Notes under the pieces: model-generated
What the model saw: only the letters and a program-made list of their open reading frames with translations
Database searches by the model: none
What the model was told of the DNA's origin: nothing
Shown: one piece after another, positions 47,513 through 55,983 of the stretch
Layout of the letters: every line of letters starts with the position of its first letter
How positions within the stretch are numbered: the first letter of the stretch is position 1
Made by a program: the position numbers and the translations under genes
Assembly (NCBI GenBank): GCA_963813815.1
Contig: CAWFAD010000011.1
Coordinates: 96,001-160,000, forward strand
DNA: 64,000 nt
Reading direction: 5' to 3'
Source of the DNA: an uncultured bacterium
GTDB lineage: Bacteria; Krumholzibacteriota; Krumholzibacteriia; Krumholzibacteriales; Krumholzibacteriaceae

Positions 47513-49021
47513 ATGAAAACGAAGAACGACCTCTCGCTGGTTCTCGTGACGACCGAGATCGTGCCCTTTTCCAAGGTCGGCGGGCTCGCCGACGTCATGG
47601 GGGCGCTCCCCGACGAGATCGAGAAGCTCGGGGTGCGGGTAGCGATCTTCACCCCGCTCTATTCGTCGATCGACCGGGCGGCCTTCGGCATCGCGCCGGT
47701 CGATCGGTGCGGTCCGCTCGCCGTCCCCGTCGCCGGATCGCCGGAGCGGTTTCGACTCTTTTCGTGCCTCAAGCCGGGCACGGGGGTCAAAACGTACTTC
47801 ATCGAGAGCGACCGGTTCTACGCCCGGCAGGGCATCTACACCGTTCCCGAGACGGGAAGGGCCTTTCCCGACGAGGACGAGCGCACGATCTTCTTCAACC
47901 GGGCCGTCATCGAGGCGATGAAAGCGCTCGATCTGCGTCCCGGCGTCGTTCACTGCAACGATTTTCACGCGGGTCTCATTCCAGCCTATCTCGCCCTCGA
48001 GGAGGCGGACGACGAGCGCTTCTCGGGAACGGCGACCGTGTTCAGCATTCACAATCTCGCCTATCAAGGGCTCTTCGGCCCCGAGTTTCTCGACAAGGCC
48101 GGGCTCGACCGAGCGCTCTTCGCGCCGATGGGTCCCTTCGAGTTCTGGGGCCGCGTGAACGTGATGAAGGCGGCGATTCACTACGCGGGCGTCGTCAGCA
48201 CTGTGAGCAGGACGTACGCCGAGGAGATCACGCGGAGCGAGGAGTACGGTTACGGTCTCGAGGGGGTGCTGCGGTCGCGCGGCGCGGACCTCGTCGGAAT
48301 CCTCAACGGCATCGACATGGACGCGTGGGATCCCTCGAAGGACGAGCTCATCCCGCAGCGCTTCACCCCGGAACAGCTCGCGGGAAAGGGAAAGTGCCGG
48401 ACGGAGCTCCTTCGCGCGTACGGCCTCCCGGACCGCTCGACGGGCCCCGTGATCGGTATGGTCTCGCGCCTCGTCGATCAGAAGGGGTTCGACATCCTCG
48501 CCGAGGCCTTCGACGGGATTATGGCGCTCGGCGTGCGGCTCGTCATACTCGGCACGGGACAGGAGCGCTACCACGAGCTCTACTGGGGCCTCGCCAAGAA
48601 GCACTCGAAGCAGCTCGGCCTCAAGCTCGAGTTCAACAATCGGATCGCCCACCTCATCGAGGCGGGGAGCGATTTCTTTCTCATGCCCTCGCGTTACGAG
48701 CCGTGCGGGTTGAACCAGATGTACAGCCTGCGCTACGGAACGATTCCGATCGTGCGCGCGACGGGAGGGCTGCTCGACACCATTTCCGAGATCGGGGGCG
48801 GTGGGGCAGAGGGGAACGGCTTCACGTTCGCGGAGTATTCGGCCGCGGCGCTCCTCGACGCCATCCGCCGCGCCGCTGCCTTTTACGGCGACAAGGCGGC
48901 GCTTCGCTCCGTCCGCCGGCGCATCATGGTCGAGGATCATTCGTGGCGGCGCTCCGCGGAGGAGTACCTCGCGATGTACGAGCGGGTGCGCTCCCTCGCG
49001 GGAATGGGGTTGACAAGGTAG
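47513..49021 (+). CDS. glgA: Glycogen synthase (GT5)
   Basis: PFSKVGGLADV, HCNDFH, IHNLAYQG, GILNGID, SRLVDQKG, PSRYEPCGLNQ, TGGL.DT. Confidence 0.95.
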   Translation: MKTKNDLSLVLVTTEIVPFSKVGGLADVMGALPDEIEKLGVRVAIFTPLYSSIDRAAFGIAPVDRCGPLAVPVAGSPERFRLFSCLKPGTGVKTYFIESDRFYARQGIYTVPETGRAFPDEDERTIFFNRAVIEAMKALDLRPGVVHCNDFHAGLIPAYLALEEADDERFSGTATVFSIHNLAYQGLFGPEFLDKAGLDRALFAPMGPFEFWGRVNVMKAAIHYAGVVSTVSRTYAEEITRSEEYGYGLEGVLRSRGADLVGILNGIDMDAWDPSKDELIPQRFTPEQLAGKGKCRTELLRAYGLPDRSTGPVIGMVSRLVDQKGFDILAEAFDGIMALGVRLVILGTGQERYHELYWGLAKKHSKQLGLKLEFNNRIAHLIEAGSDFFLMPSRYEPCGLNQMYSLRYGTIPIVRATGGLLDTISEIGGGGAEGNGFTFAEYSAAALLDAIRRAAAFYGDKAALRSVRRRIMVEDHSWRRSAEEYLAMYERVRSLAGMGLTR

Positions 49022-49039
49022 CGAAGACCTTTTTATACT
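49010..49039 (+). promoter_or_regulatory. sigma70-like promoter for tRNA-Gly/Cys
   Basis: TTGACA (49010-15), 18 nt, TATACT (49034-39). Confidence 0.65.
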
Positions 49040-49062
49040 AGGGGATTGAAAAGCTCATAGGG

Positions 49063-49138
<76 letters not shown>

Positions 49139-49148
49139 TTTTTTTTGA

Positions 49149-49223
49149 GGCGGCATAGCCAAGTGGTAAGGCGACGGTCTGCAAAACCGTTACTCACCGG
49201 TTCGAATCCGGTTGCCGCCTCCA
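49149..49223 (+). tRNA. tRNA-Cys (GCA)
   Basis: GGCGGCA acceptor, anticodon loop CTGCAAA, GGTTCGAATCC, encoded CCA. Confidence 0.97.
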
Positions 49224-49344
49224 ATCATTTCCGGCCGCGGCGTGCCTGCCGGCGCCGCCTCTCGTGATTTCCGGACAAAGCGGCCAGATGGGCGGGGCGG
49301 GACCCGGGGCGCCGAGCGAGGCGCCTGAGCGGGGGCTATTTGCC

Positions 49345-49373
49345 TTGCCGCGCCTTTCGATTGGTCTTAGAAT
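49345..49373 (+). promoter_or_regulatory. sigma70-like promoter for tRNA-Leu
   Basis: TTGCCG (49345-50), 17 nt, TAGAAT (49368-73). Confidence 0.55.
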
Positions 49374-49382
49374 CGCCGACGT

Positions 49383-49468
49383 GCCGGGGTGGCGGAATTG
49401 GGAGACGCAGCGGACTTAAAATCCGCTGGAGCGCGAGCTCCATACCGGTTCGATTCCGGTCCCCGGCA
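49383..49468 (+). tRNA. tRNA-Leu (TAA)
   Basis: GCCGGGG/CCCCGGC acceptor, anticodon loop CTTAAAA, long variable arm, GGTTCGATTCC; no encoded CCA. Confidence 0.95.
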
Positions 49469-49490
49469 TTCCTGAATGAAAGGAATCGCG

Positions 49491-50359
49491 ATGTCGCAGG
49501 GCTCGGCGGGCGGCGTGACGATCATCATACCCGCGTACAACGAGGAAAAGGGGTTCGGGGAGCCTTTCGGGGCGCTCATGGCCTCCGCGCGGGAGAGGGG
49601 TTGGGAGGTCATCGTCGTCGACGACGGCTCGACGGACGCGACCGCCGCCCTTGCGGGATCGGGGGGGCGCGCGTCCTGCGCCATCCCGAAAACAAGGGAT
49701 ACGGCGCGGCGATCAAGACGGGGATCAGGAATGCTTCGAACGATCTCATCGTCATGATGGACTCCGACGGCCAGCACGATTCGCCGCGCATCGACGAGAT
49801 TCTCTCTCATATGGACCGCTACGACATGGTGGTCGGAGCGAGGCGGCGCATGACGGGCATCCGGGCGCCGGGAAAGAGGCTCCTCTCGATCGTCGCGAAC
49901 TACCTCGCCGGCGTCGATATCCCGGATCTCAACTCGGGGCTCCGGGCTTTTAGAAGGAACACGATCAGAAGCTTTCTCCATTTCTGCCCGAACACCTTCT
50001 CCTTCACGACGACGATCACCCTCGCATATCTGCGGGAGGGGTACAGCGTCAAGTACGTGCCGATCGAGGTCGAGCGGCGCCTCGGTCGCGCGAGCAGCGT
50101 GAGTCTCTTCCGGGACGGTTACCGGACGTTCCTTCTCATCGTCCGCGTCATCGTGCTCTTCAACCCGCTCAAGGTCTTCGTGCCGGTCTCGCTCGGGCTC
50201 TTCGCGCTCGGACTGACATTCACGGTTTACGGCATCGTTACGTTCGGGCGCGCGCCGAACATGGGAGTGCTCACGATCCTCTCGAGCATCATTCTCTTTT
50301 TCATGGGGGTTCTCGCCGACCAGATCTCGTCGATCCGGCGCGAGCGGCGGTACGACTAA
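49491..50359 (+). CDS. GT2 glycosyltransferase with two C-terminal TM helices (ArnC/GtrB-like), frameshifted at a G7 run
   Basis: IIPAYNEE..VVDDGSTDAT in one frame; NKGYGAAIK, MDSDGQH, DLNSG in another; junction at G7 49661-49667. Confidence 0.85.
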
Positions 50360-50374
50360 GAGCCCCGGAGCGGC

Positions 50375-51364
50375 ATGTCCTTCCGTTCGCGATGGATGCG
50401 GACCCTTTTCCAGGCGCTCGGCGTCGCGCTTTTCGTCGTGATCCTCTCGCGCGTCGATCTCGGCGAGGTCGCGCGCGCCTACCGGAGGATCCGCCCGGTT
50501 CCCGCGGCGGCGGGGATCGCGCTGCTCTTCGTTCTCACGCTCCTCAAGGCGCAGCGCTGGCGAACGATCGTGGCGGGGCAGGGTGTGGCGATGGGGCTCG
50601 GGCGGGCGTTCCGCATTTATGCCGCATCTCTCTACCTGGGGGTCGTGACGCCGGGGCACGTCGGGGACTTCGCGAAGAGCCTCTACCTCACGAACCGCGG
50701 CCTCTCGCCGGGAAGGGCGATCATGAGCTCGGTCGCGGACAGGCTATTCGATATCATACTGCTCTTCGTGATATCGTTTCTGAGCCTCATGCTCTTTCCG
50801 GGAATCGTGCGGAATCAGATGGTTCTCGGCGCTCTCTTTCTGGCCGCTGCGGGCGCGGCGGTCGCCGCGTTCTTTTTCCGCCGCGACATCCTCGCACGCC
50901 TCATGAAACGATTCGTGGCCGCGCTGCCGGGGGAAAGGATGCGGGGCGGTCTCGACCGGGCGATCACGGAAGGGCTCGACGAGTTTCCCGCGGCCGCCGG
51001 GAAAAGGCTGCCGGCGATCGCCGCGCTCACACTCGCGGCGTGGACGGCGCACTACGCCTACTTCGTCATCTTCGCGGCGGCTCTCGGCGTCGGCGCGTCC
51101 GTATCGGTCATCATGGTCTGCGTTTCGGCGGCGATCATCGCTTCCCTCGTTCCCGTGTCGATATCGGGCCTCGGCACGCGCGATCTCGTTCTCATTCTCA
51201 TCTTCGCCCGCTCGGGACTCGGGCGGGAGGCGGCGGTGACGTTTTCGTTCAGCTTTATCCTTTCGTATCTCGTGCTGGGAACGACGGGCTTCATCTGCTG
51301 GCTCACGGCTCCCTTCGACGCTCCGCGGGCGATGAGCGCCGAGCCGGAGGAGGGGAAAGGGTGA
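50375..51364 (+). CDS. Lysylphosphatidylglycerol-synthase-TM (UPF0104) flippase-like membrane protein
   Basis: KAQRW, VTPGHVGDFAK, ADRLFD, PVSISGLGTRD. Confidence 0.85.
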   Translation: MSFRSRWMRTLFQALGVALFVVILSRVDLGEVARAYRRIRPVPAAAGIALLFVLTLLKAQRWRTIVAGQGVAMGLGRAFRIYAASLYLGVVTPGHVGDFAKSLYLTNRGLSPGRAIMSSVADRLFDIILLFVISFLSLMLFPGIVRNQMVLGALFLAAAGAAVAAFFFRRDILARLMKRFVAALPGERMRGGLDRAITEGLDEFPAAAGKRLPAIAALTLAAWTAHYAYFVIFAAALGVGASVSVIMVCVSAAIIASLVPVSISGLGTRDLVLILIFARSGLGREAAVTFSFSFILSYLVLGTTGFICWLTAPFDAPRAMSAEPEEGKG

Positions 51365-51368
51365 CGGC

Positions 51369-51854
51369 GTGAGGGAACGCCATCACAACTCGTTCACGGG
51401 ATTCTGGAAGAGCGCGATCGGCCTCTTGGCGTATCACGCCGATTGGCCCCGGACGCTCGCCTCGACGCTCCACAAGATGCGCGGCGTGAGAATCGCCCAT
51501 CCGGGGCGCGTGCGGATCGCGGGAAACGTGCTGATCGACGCGCTCTATCCGGAGCTCGTCGAGATCGAGGACGACGTGTATATCGCGGCGGGCTCGGCGA
51601 TCGTGGCTCACATGACGCCGACTCCATACCTTCGCCGCTACATTCCGGAAGTGACGTTCGCGGCGGTGCGCATACGGCGCGGCGCCTACATCGGGGTTCA
51701 CTCGATCATCCTGCCCGGCGTCACAATCGGCGAGGGCGCGGTCGTCGGAGCCGGATCGGTCGTCACGAAGGACGTTCCCCCGCTCGCGGTGGCCGCGGGC
51801 AACCCGGCCCGCGTTCTGAGGAAGCTCGACGAGGGGAAGGAAAGCGGCGAATGA
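51369..51854 (+). CDS. Hexapeptide-repeat O-acyltransferase
   Basis: ILPGVTIGEGAVVGAGSVVTKDVP..AAGNPAR. Confidence 0.85.
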   Translation: MRERHHNSFTGFWKSAIGLLAYHADWPRTLASTLHKMRGVRIAHPGRVRIAGNVLIDALYPELVEIEDDVYIAAGSAIVAHMTPTPYLRRYIPEVTFAAVRIRRGAYIGVHSIILPGVTIGEGAVVGAGSVVTKDVPPLAVAAGNPARVLRKLDEGKESGE

Positions 51855-52573
51855 AACCGCGCGCGAATCGCTTCACGATGGAGGAGGTGCGCCGCTTCTG
51901 GGACGGCGTCGCAGGGGAATACGAGCGCGAGAACGAGATCGCCGGCTGGGTGCACGCGCAGCGGTTTCGCGAGGGAGTTCGCCGTCTTCGCCTGGGACCC
52001 GGCGCGCGGCTCCTGAACGTCTGGTGCCGCGCGGGGGGAGCCGTGCCGTTTCTTCGATCTGCCGCGCCCGGCGTGCGTCTCGTGAACGCGGAGCTCTCAT
52101 TCGGTCTCCTGCGGCGGGCTCGCGGAAAGTATCCCGGCGAGGGCTTCGTTCAGGTCTCGCTGCATGAGCTCCCCTTCGCGGACGGTTCTTTCGACGCGGT
52201 CCTTTCGCTCGAGACGCTCGAGCACGTTCCCGATCCGATCCGCTTCCTCTCCGAGCTTCGCCGGATCTTGCGCGGGGGAGGATCGCTCGTCATGAGCCTT
52301 CCTCCGTCCTCGGCGGAATGGACGAGCGATTTGGGGGATCTTCTGAAATTGCATCACGGCGAGGGACCGCATCGTTTCCTCGCTCCCCGCGAGGTAAAGC
52401 GGATGCTTGCCGAGTCGGGGCTCGAGCTGCTCGAGCACAGGGGGACGCTCTTCGTTCCGCTGCGAGGCGGTTTCTGCGAAAGGCTCGACGGACGTCTCTC
52501 GGCGCTTCTCGGCTCGGGGCCGTTCGCCCGGTTCGGGCTGAGGCAGTTCTATGTCGGCAGAGCGTCCGGTTGA
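51851..52573 (+). CDS. Class I SAM-dependent methyltransferase
   Basis: LPFADGSFDAV, ETLEHV, RILRGGG; motif I atypical (LNVWCRAG). Confidence 0.75.
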   Translation: MKPRANRFTMEEVRRFWDGVAGEYERENEIAGWVHAQRFREGVRRLRLGPGARLLNVWCRAGGAVPFLRSAAPGVRLVNAELSFGLLRRARGKYPGEGFVQVSLHELPFADGSFDAVLSLETLEHVPDPIRFLSELRRILRGGGSLVMSLPPSSAEWTSDLGDLLKLHHGEGPHRFLAPREVKRMLAESGLELLEHRGTLFVPLRGGFCERLDGRLSALLGSGPFARFGLRQFYVGRASG

Positions 52574-53867
52574 CGTTCTCCTGCGAACGGTCGTCGAGGC
52601 GGGTTTGTGCACGCGGTGCGGAACCTGCGCGGGCGCCTGTCCCGAACGCGTCATTTCATTCCCCGATCCCATCGGAGAGTGTCTTCCGGCGGCGGGCGAG
52701 GGGTGCGCTTCCTGCGGGCTCTGCCTCGCGGCTTGCCCCGGGCCGGAGCTCGCCTTCGCGCCGCTGGAGCGCGAGCTATTCGGGGAAACGCCAACGCGCG
52801 AGCTCGTCGGAGTCGTGCGGGGTGCGTGGATCGCCCATGCGACCGATCCGGGGATACGCCGCCGCGGCGCGAGCGGCGGCGTCGTGACCGCTCTTCTGCT
52901 CGATTCCCTGCGTAGGGGCGAAACGAGAGGCGCGGCGCTCTTCGCGCCGCACGCGAGCGAGCCGTGGCGCGGATGGGGAAGGATCGCCCGGACGCAGGAC
53001 GAGATCCGCGCCTCCGCCGAGAGCCGCTATCACCTGAGTCCCCTCAACGCCGTTTTGGGGGATGTCGCCCGATCCGACGGGCCGCTCGCCTACGTGGGGC
53101 TTCCGTGCCAGATCCATGGACTCCGGCGACTCGAGCGGGCGGGATGGGTGGGGCGGTCGCGCCTCGGCCCGGTGATAGGCCTCTATTGCGGGAACAATCT
53201 ATATTTCAAGGGAACGGCTGCCGTGATGCGAAAGCTCGGGATGAAGCGCATCGACGATGTGGAAAAGCTCGCGTACCGCGAGGGAACATGGCCCGGCTCG
53301 TTCTCCGTGAAAACGCGCGACGGCCGCGTTCGCTCGGTTCAGAAGCTCCATTTCAACCAGGCGATTCCGTTCTACGTCAACCGCCGGTGCCTCTTTTGCG
53401 TCGATCTCGCGGCCGAGCTCGCGGATATCTCGGTCGGGGACGGTTGGATGAGGGAAAAGCGCGATGAGGAAGGCTGGTCCGTCGTGCTCGTGCGGAGCGA
53501 GCGGGGGGAAGGCGCGTTTCGCGAGGCGCTCGCCTCCGGCGCCGTCGCGGCAAGGGAAATCTCTCTCGAAGAGGTATTCCGCATGCATGCCCACGCCTTC
53601 GATCTCAAGAAGCGCGGCGCATTCATCAGGCTCGGTCTCTGGCGGAGATTCGGATGCGCCGTGCCGCGCTACGATCGCCCGGTCCCTCGCGCGTCATTCG
53701 CGCGGCGACTCGCGGAGGTTGTCGTTTCGGCCCAGTTCGCGTTGGCCTCATCGAGGCCCGGACGGATTCTTTTCGCCGCGATGCCGCTCGGGGCGACGGG
53801 CGGGATATTCGCGCGGGCGCGAACGGTCTGGATGCGATCGGCCTCGCGATGGACGAGGGGCGCTTGA
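52551..53867 (+). CDS. FrhB/FdhB-family (F420 hydrogenase beta subunit-like) Fe-S flavoprotein
   Basis: CTRCGTCAGACP and CASCGLCLAACP ferredoxin motifs, GASGGVVT, SRY, VGLPCQ, GLYC, CLFC, DISVGDGW. Confidence 0.85.
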   Translation: MSAERPVDVLLRTVVEAGLCTRCGTCAGACPERVISFPDPIGECLPAAGEGCASCGLCLAACPGPELAFAPLERELFGETPTRELVGVVRGAWIAHATDPGIRRRGASGGVVTALLLDSLRRGETRGAALFAPHASEPWRGWGRIARTQDEIRASAESRYHLSPLNAVLGDVARSDGPLAYVGLPCQIHGLRRLERAGWVGRSRLGPVIGLYCGNNLYFKGTAAVMRKLGMKRIDDVEKLAYREGTWPGSFSVKTRDGRVRSVQKLHFNQAIPFYVNRRCLFCVDLAAELADISVGDGWMREKRDEEGWSVVLVRSERGEGAFREALASGAVAAREISLEEVFRMHAHAFDLKKRGAFIRLGLWRRFGCAVPRYDRPVPRASFARRLAEVVVSAQFALASSRPGRILFAAMPLGATGGIFARARTVWMRSASRWTRGA

Positions 53868-53919
53868 CCGGGAGGCCGCGCTTCGATAGAGTGGGGGCCG
53901 TATGGATGGCGACGGGGAA

Positions 53920-55272
53920 ATGACACTGCGCCGCGCCCTGCGCGACTGGGAGCGGGAGCTGCTCGAGGCGGGCGATCTCTACCTCGTGGGGGGAACCGTT
54001 CGCGACATGATCCGGGGCGCGGCGGTCGACTCGATCGACGAGGATTACGTCGTTTCCGGGATCGCGCTCGAGGATCTCACGCGGATTCTCGAGCGGTTCG
54101 GTTCGCTGAGCCTCGTGGGACGCTCCTTCGGCGTGATCAAGTTCTCCGCTGGATCCGAGAGGACGGTCGACATATCCCTTCCCCGCACGGAGTTCTCGAC
54201 GGGGCCGGGGCACCGGGATTTCAACGTCCGTTTCGACCCGTCTCTTCCGATCGAAAAGGATCTCGAGCGCCGGGATTTCACGATCAACTCGATGGCATTT
54301 CAGCTCGGCGAGGAAATCCTCGTCGATCCGCTCGGGGGGCGCGGCGATCTCGACCGCGCCCTGCTGCGCGTGAACCGTGACGACTCGTTCCGCGAGGATC
54401 CGCTGAGGATTCTCCGCGGGGCGCAGTTCATGGCGCGTTTCGGCCTCTCCGTCGAGGAAGGCACGCGCGAGTGCATGCGGCGGGACCGGGGCCTCGTGGC
54501 GACGATCTCCTCCGAGCGGGTGCGGGACGAGCTCACGAAGCTGCTGCTCCTCTCGCCGAGGCCCTCGACCGGTTTTCTCTTCATGCGCGAGGTGGGAGTG
54601 CTCGAGATCGTTCTTCCGGAGCTCGACCGAACGTGGGGGGAGAGCCAGAACGAGTACCACCCGGATGACGTCTTCATGCACAGCCTGCGAAGCTGCGACC
54701 TCGCGCGGGCAAATCTCACGCTGCGTTGGAGCGCCCTGCTGCACGACCTCGGCAAGAAGGACAGAAAGCAGGTCGTCGAGGGGAGAACCGTTTTCTATCG
54801 CCACGAGCAGGATGGGGCCCGCATGGCCGAGGAGATTCTCGACCGCCTGAGATACCCGCGCGAGCTTTCCTCAAGGGTCGTCGACCTCGTGAAGCACCAC
54901 ATGTTCCACATCACCGACGAATGGTCGGACGGCGCGGTGAGGAGATTCATATCGCGCGTGGGCAGGGGGAACGTCGACGGGCTTCTCGAGCTCCGCGAAG
55001 CGGACGGTCGGGCGCGCGGCGACGGGGCGGTAGAGGCGGAGAACCGGCGGATACGGGATCGCATACGGAGCATTACGGAGTCGGATGCGGCCTTCAAGAT
55101 TCAGGATCTCGCTATCGGGGGGCGTGAGGTTATGGATGCGCTCGGGCTCGGGCCCGGGCCCGAAGTCGGGGATGCGCTTCGGCGATTGCTCGACATCGTG
55201 CTCGAGGATCCCTCGCGGAACACGCGAGAGGAGCTGCTCGCCATTATCGGGGGGAGGGGGGAAAAAATATGA
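53920..55272 (+). CDS. cca: Class II tRNA nucleotidyltransferase (CCA-adding) with HD domain
   Basis: VGGTVRD, DED, DLERRDFTINSMA, FREDPLRILR, SSERVRDE, LLHDLGK. Confidence 0.88.
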   Translation: MTLRRALRDWERELLEAGDLYLVGGTVRDMIRGAAVDSIDEDYVVSGIALEDLTRILERFGSLSLVGRSFGVIKFSAGSERTVDISLPRTEFSTGPGHRDFNVRFDPSLPIEKDLERRDFTINSMAFQLGEEILVDPLGGRGDLDRALLRVNRDDSFREDPLRILRGAQFMARFGLSVEEGTRECMRRDRGLVATISSERVRDELTKLLLLSPRPSTGFLFMREVGVLEIVLPELDRTWGESQNEYHPDDVFMHSLRSCDLARANLTLRWSALLHDLGKKDRKQVVEGRTVFYRHEQDGARMAEEILDRLRYPRELSSRVVDLVKHHMFHITDEWSDGAVRRFISRVGRGNVDGLLELREADGRARGDGAVEAENRRIRDRIRSITESDAAFKIQDLAIGGREVMDALGLGPGPEVGDALRRLLDIVLEDPSRNTREELLAIIGGRGEKI

Positions 55273-55387
55273 GAGTTTCCGCAACGGGTGTCAGGGTGCA
55301 AGCCAGAGTGGGTTCGAGGGAAGGCCCCCGATGTCCAGCATGCTAAGCAACTTCGGTCTGGGCAAAGAGTTAATTGCGGAAACTCTC
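55271..55387. repeat. 117-bp element bounded by perfect 14-bp inverted repeats (MITE/IS-remnant-like)
   Basis: GAGAGTTTCCGCAA (55271-84) and TTGCGGAAACTCTC (55374-87) are exact reverse complements. Confidence 0.6.
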
Positions 55388-55472
55388 GTTGATAAATATA
55401 GGTAATGGAACCTATCCTTGTCAAATGGAAAAGTTCGGAAGTTGAAATTACTATGTGAGAGGCGAAACGCCG

Positions 55473-55787
55473 ATGATTGAAATGAGGCGAATCGAGAGGC
55501 TGGTCGCGGAAATAAAGAGGCAGCTTTTCCCATACAGCCATGCGAGCGACGTGGAGCGCAGCTGCGAAAGATGGGACGTGGACATTCGAGATTGCATGAC
55601 CTCATGGATGGTGGAGCAGATCAAGAACTGCCGGAAGAAAAACGGCTGCGACGGCCGTGAGCGCTGCTCGTACTACAGTCACGGAGACCTCGCGAAGAGG
55701 AATTACGAAATCTGCCGGGAGATGAGCATCCTGATGGAAAGCGGAGAGATTTCGTGCGTTCCTTCCGATAATGAATTGAAAGAATAG
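55473..55787 (+). CDS. Small Cys-rich hypothetical protein
   Basis: ~104 aa ORF filling the cca-dnaK gap, 7 Cys including C-x5-C-x5-C; start uncertain (55455, 55473 or 55482). Confidence 0.55.
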   Translation: MIEMRRIERLVAEIKRQLFPYSHASDVERSCERWDVDIRDCMTSWMVEQIKNCRKKNGCDGRERCSYYSHGDLAKRNYEICREMSILMESGEISCVPSDNELKE

Positions 55788-55789
55788 CC

Positions 55790-55942
55790 CTGCCAAATAT
55801 TGCCAATGTGGCATTGTATGGCAGAGTAAGCAGCCAGCATAGTTAGCAGCTCTTGCGCCAGCCCTTCAGTCGTTCGTCTATCTTGTTATATTACAACATA
55901 ATATAGTGCTGGCGTCGAGAGCCGACGTGGCATGATATTTGT
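55790..55942 (+). promoter_or_regulatory. Nested TGCCA/TGGCA palindrome, AT-rich spacer and sigma54-like site upstream of dnaK
   Basis: CTGCCAaatatTGCCAatgTGGCAttgtaTGGCAG (55790-55824); TGGCATG-N4-TTGT (55928-42). Confidence 0.5.
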
Positions 55943-55983
55943 TGTTGACTCAAGCGTGTTTTCTAAAAGCGAGGTGCAATACA

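Noticed and set aside
49340..49490. ORF-track N-terminal extensions over tRNA genes (49340 start; also 58053 for thrS)
   Set aside because: They overlap tRNA-Leu and tRNA-Val; true starts are 49491 and 58122.
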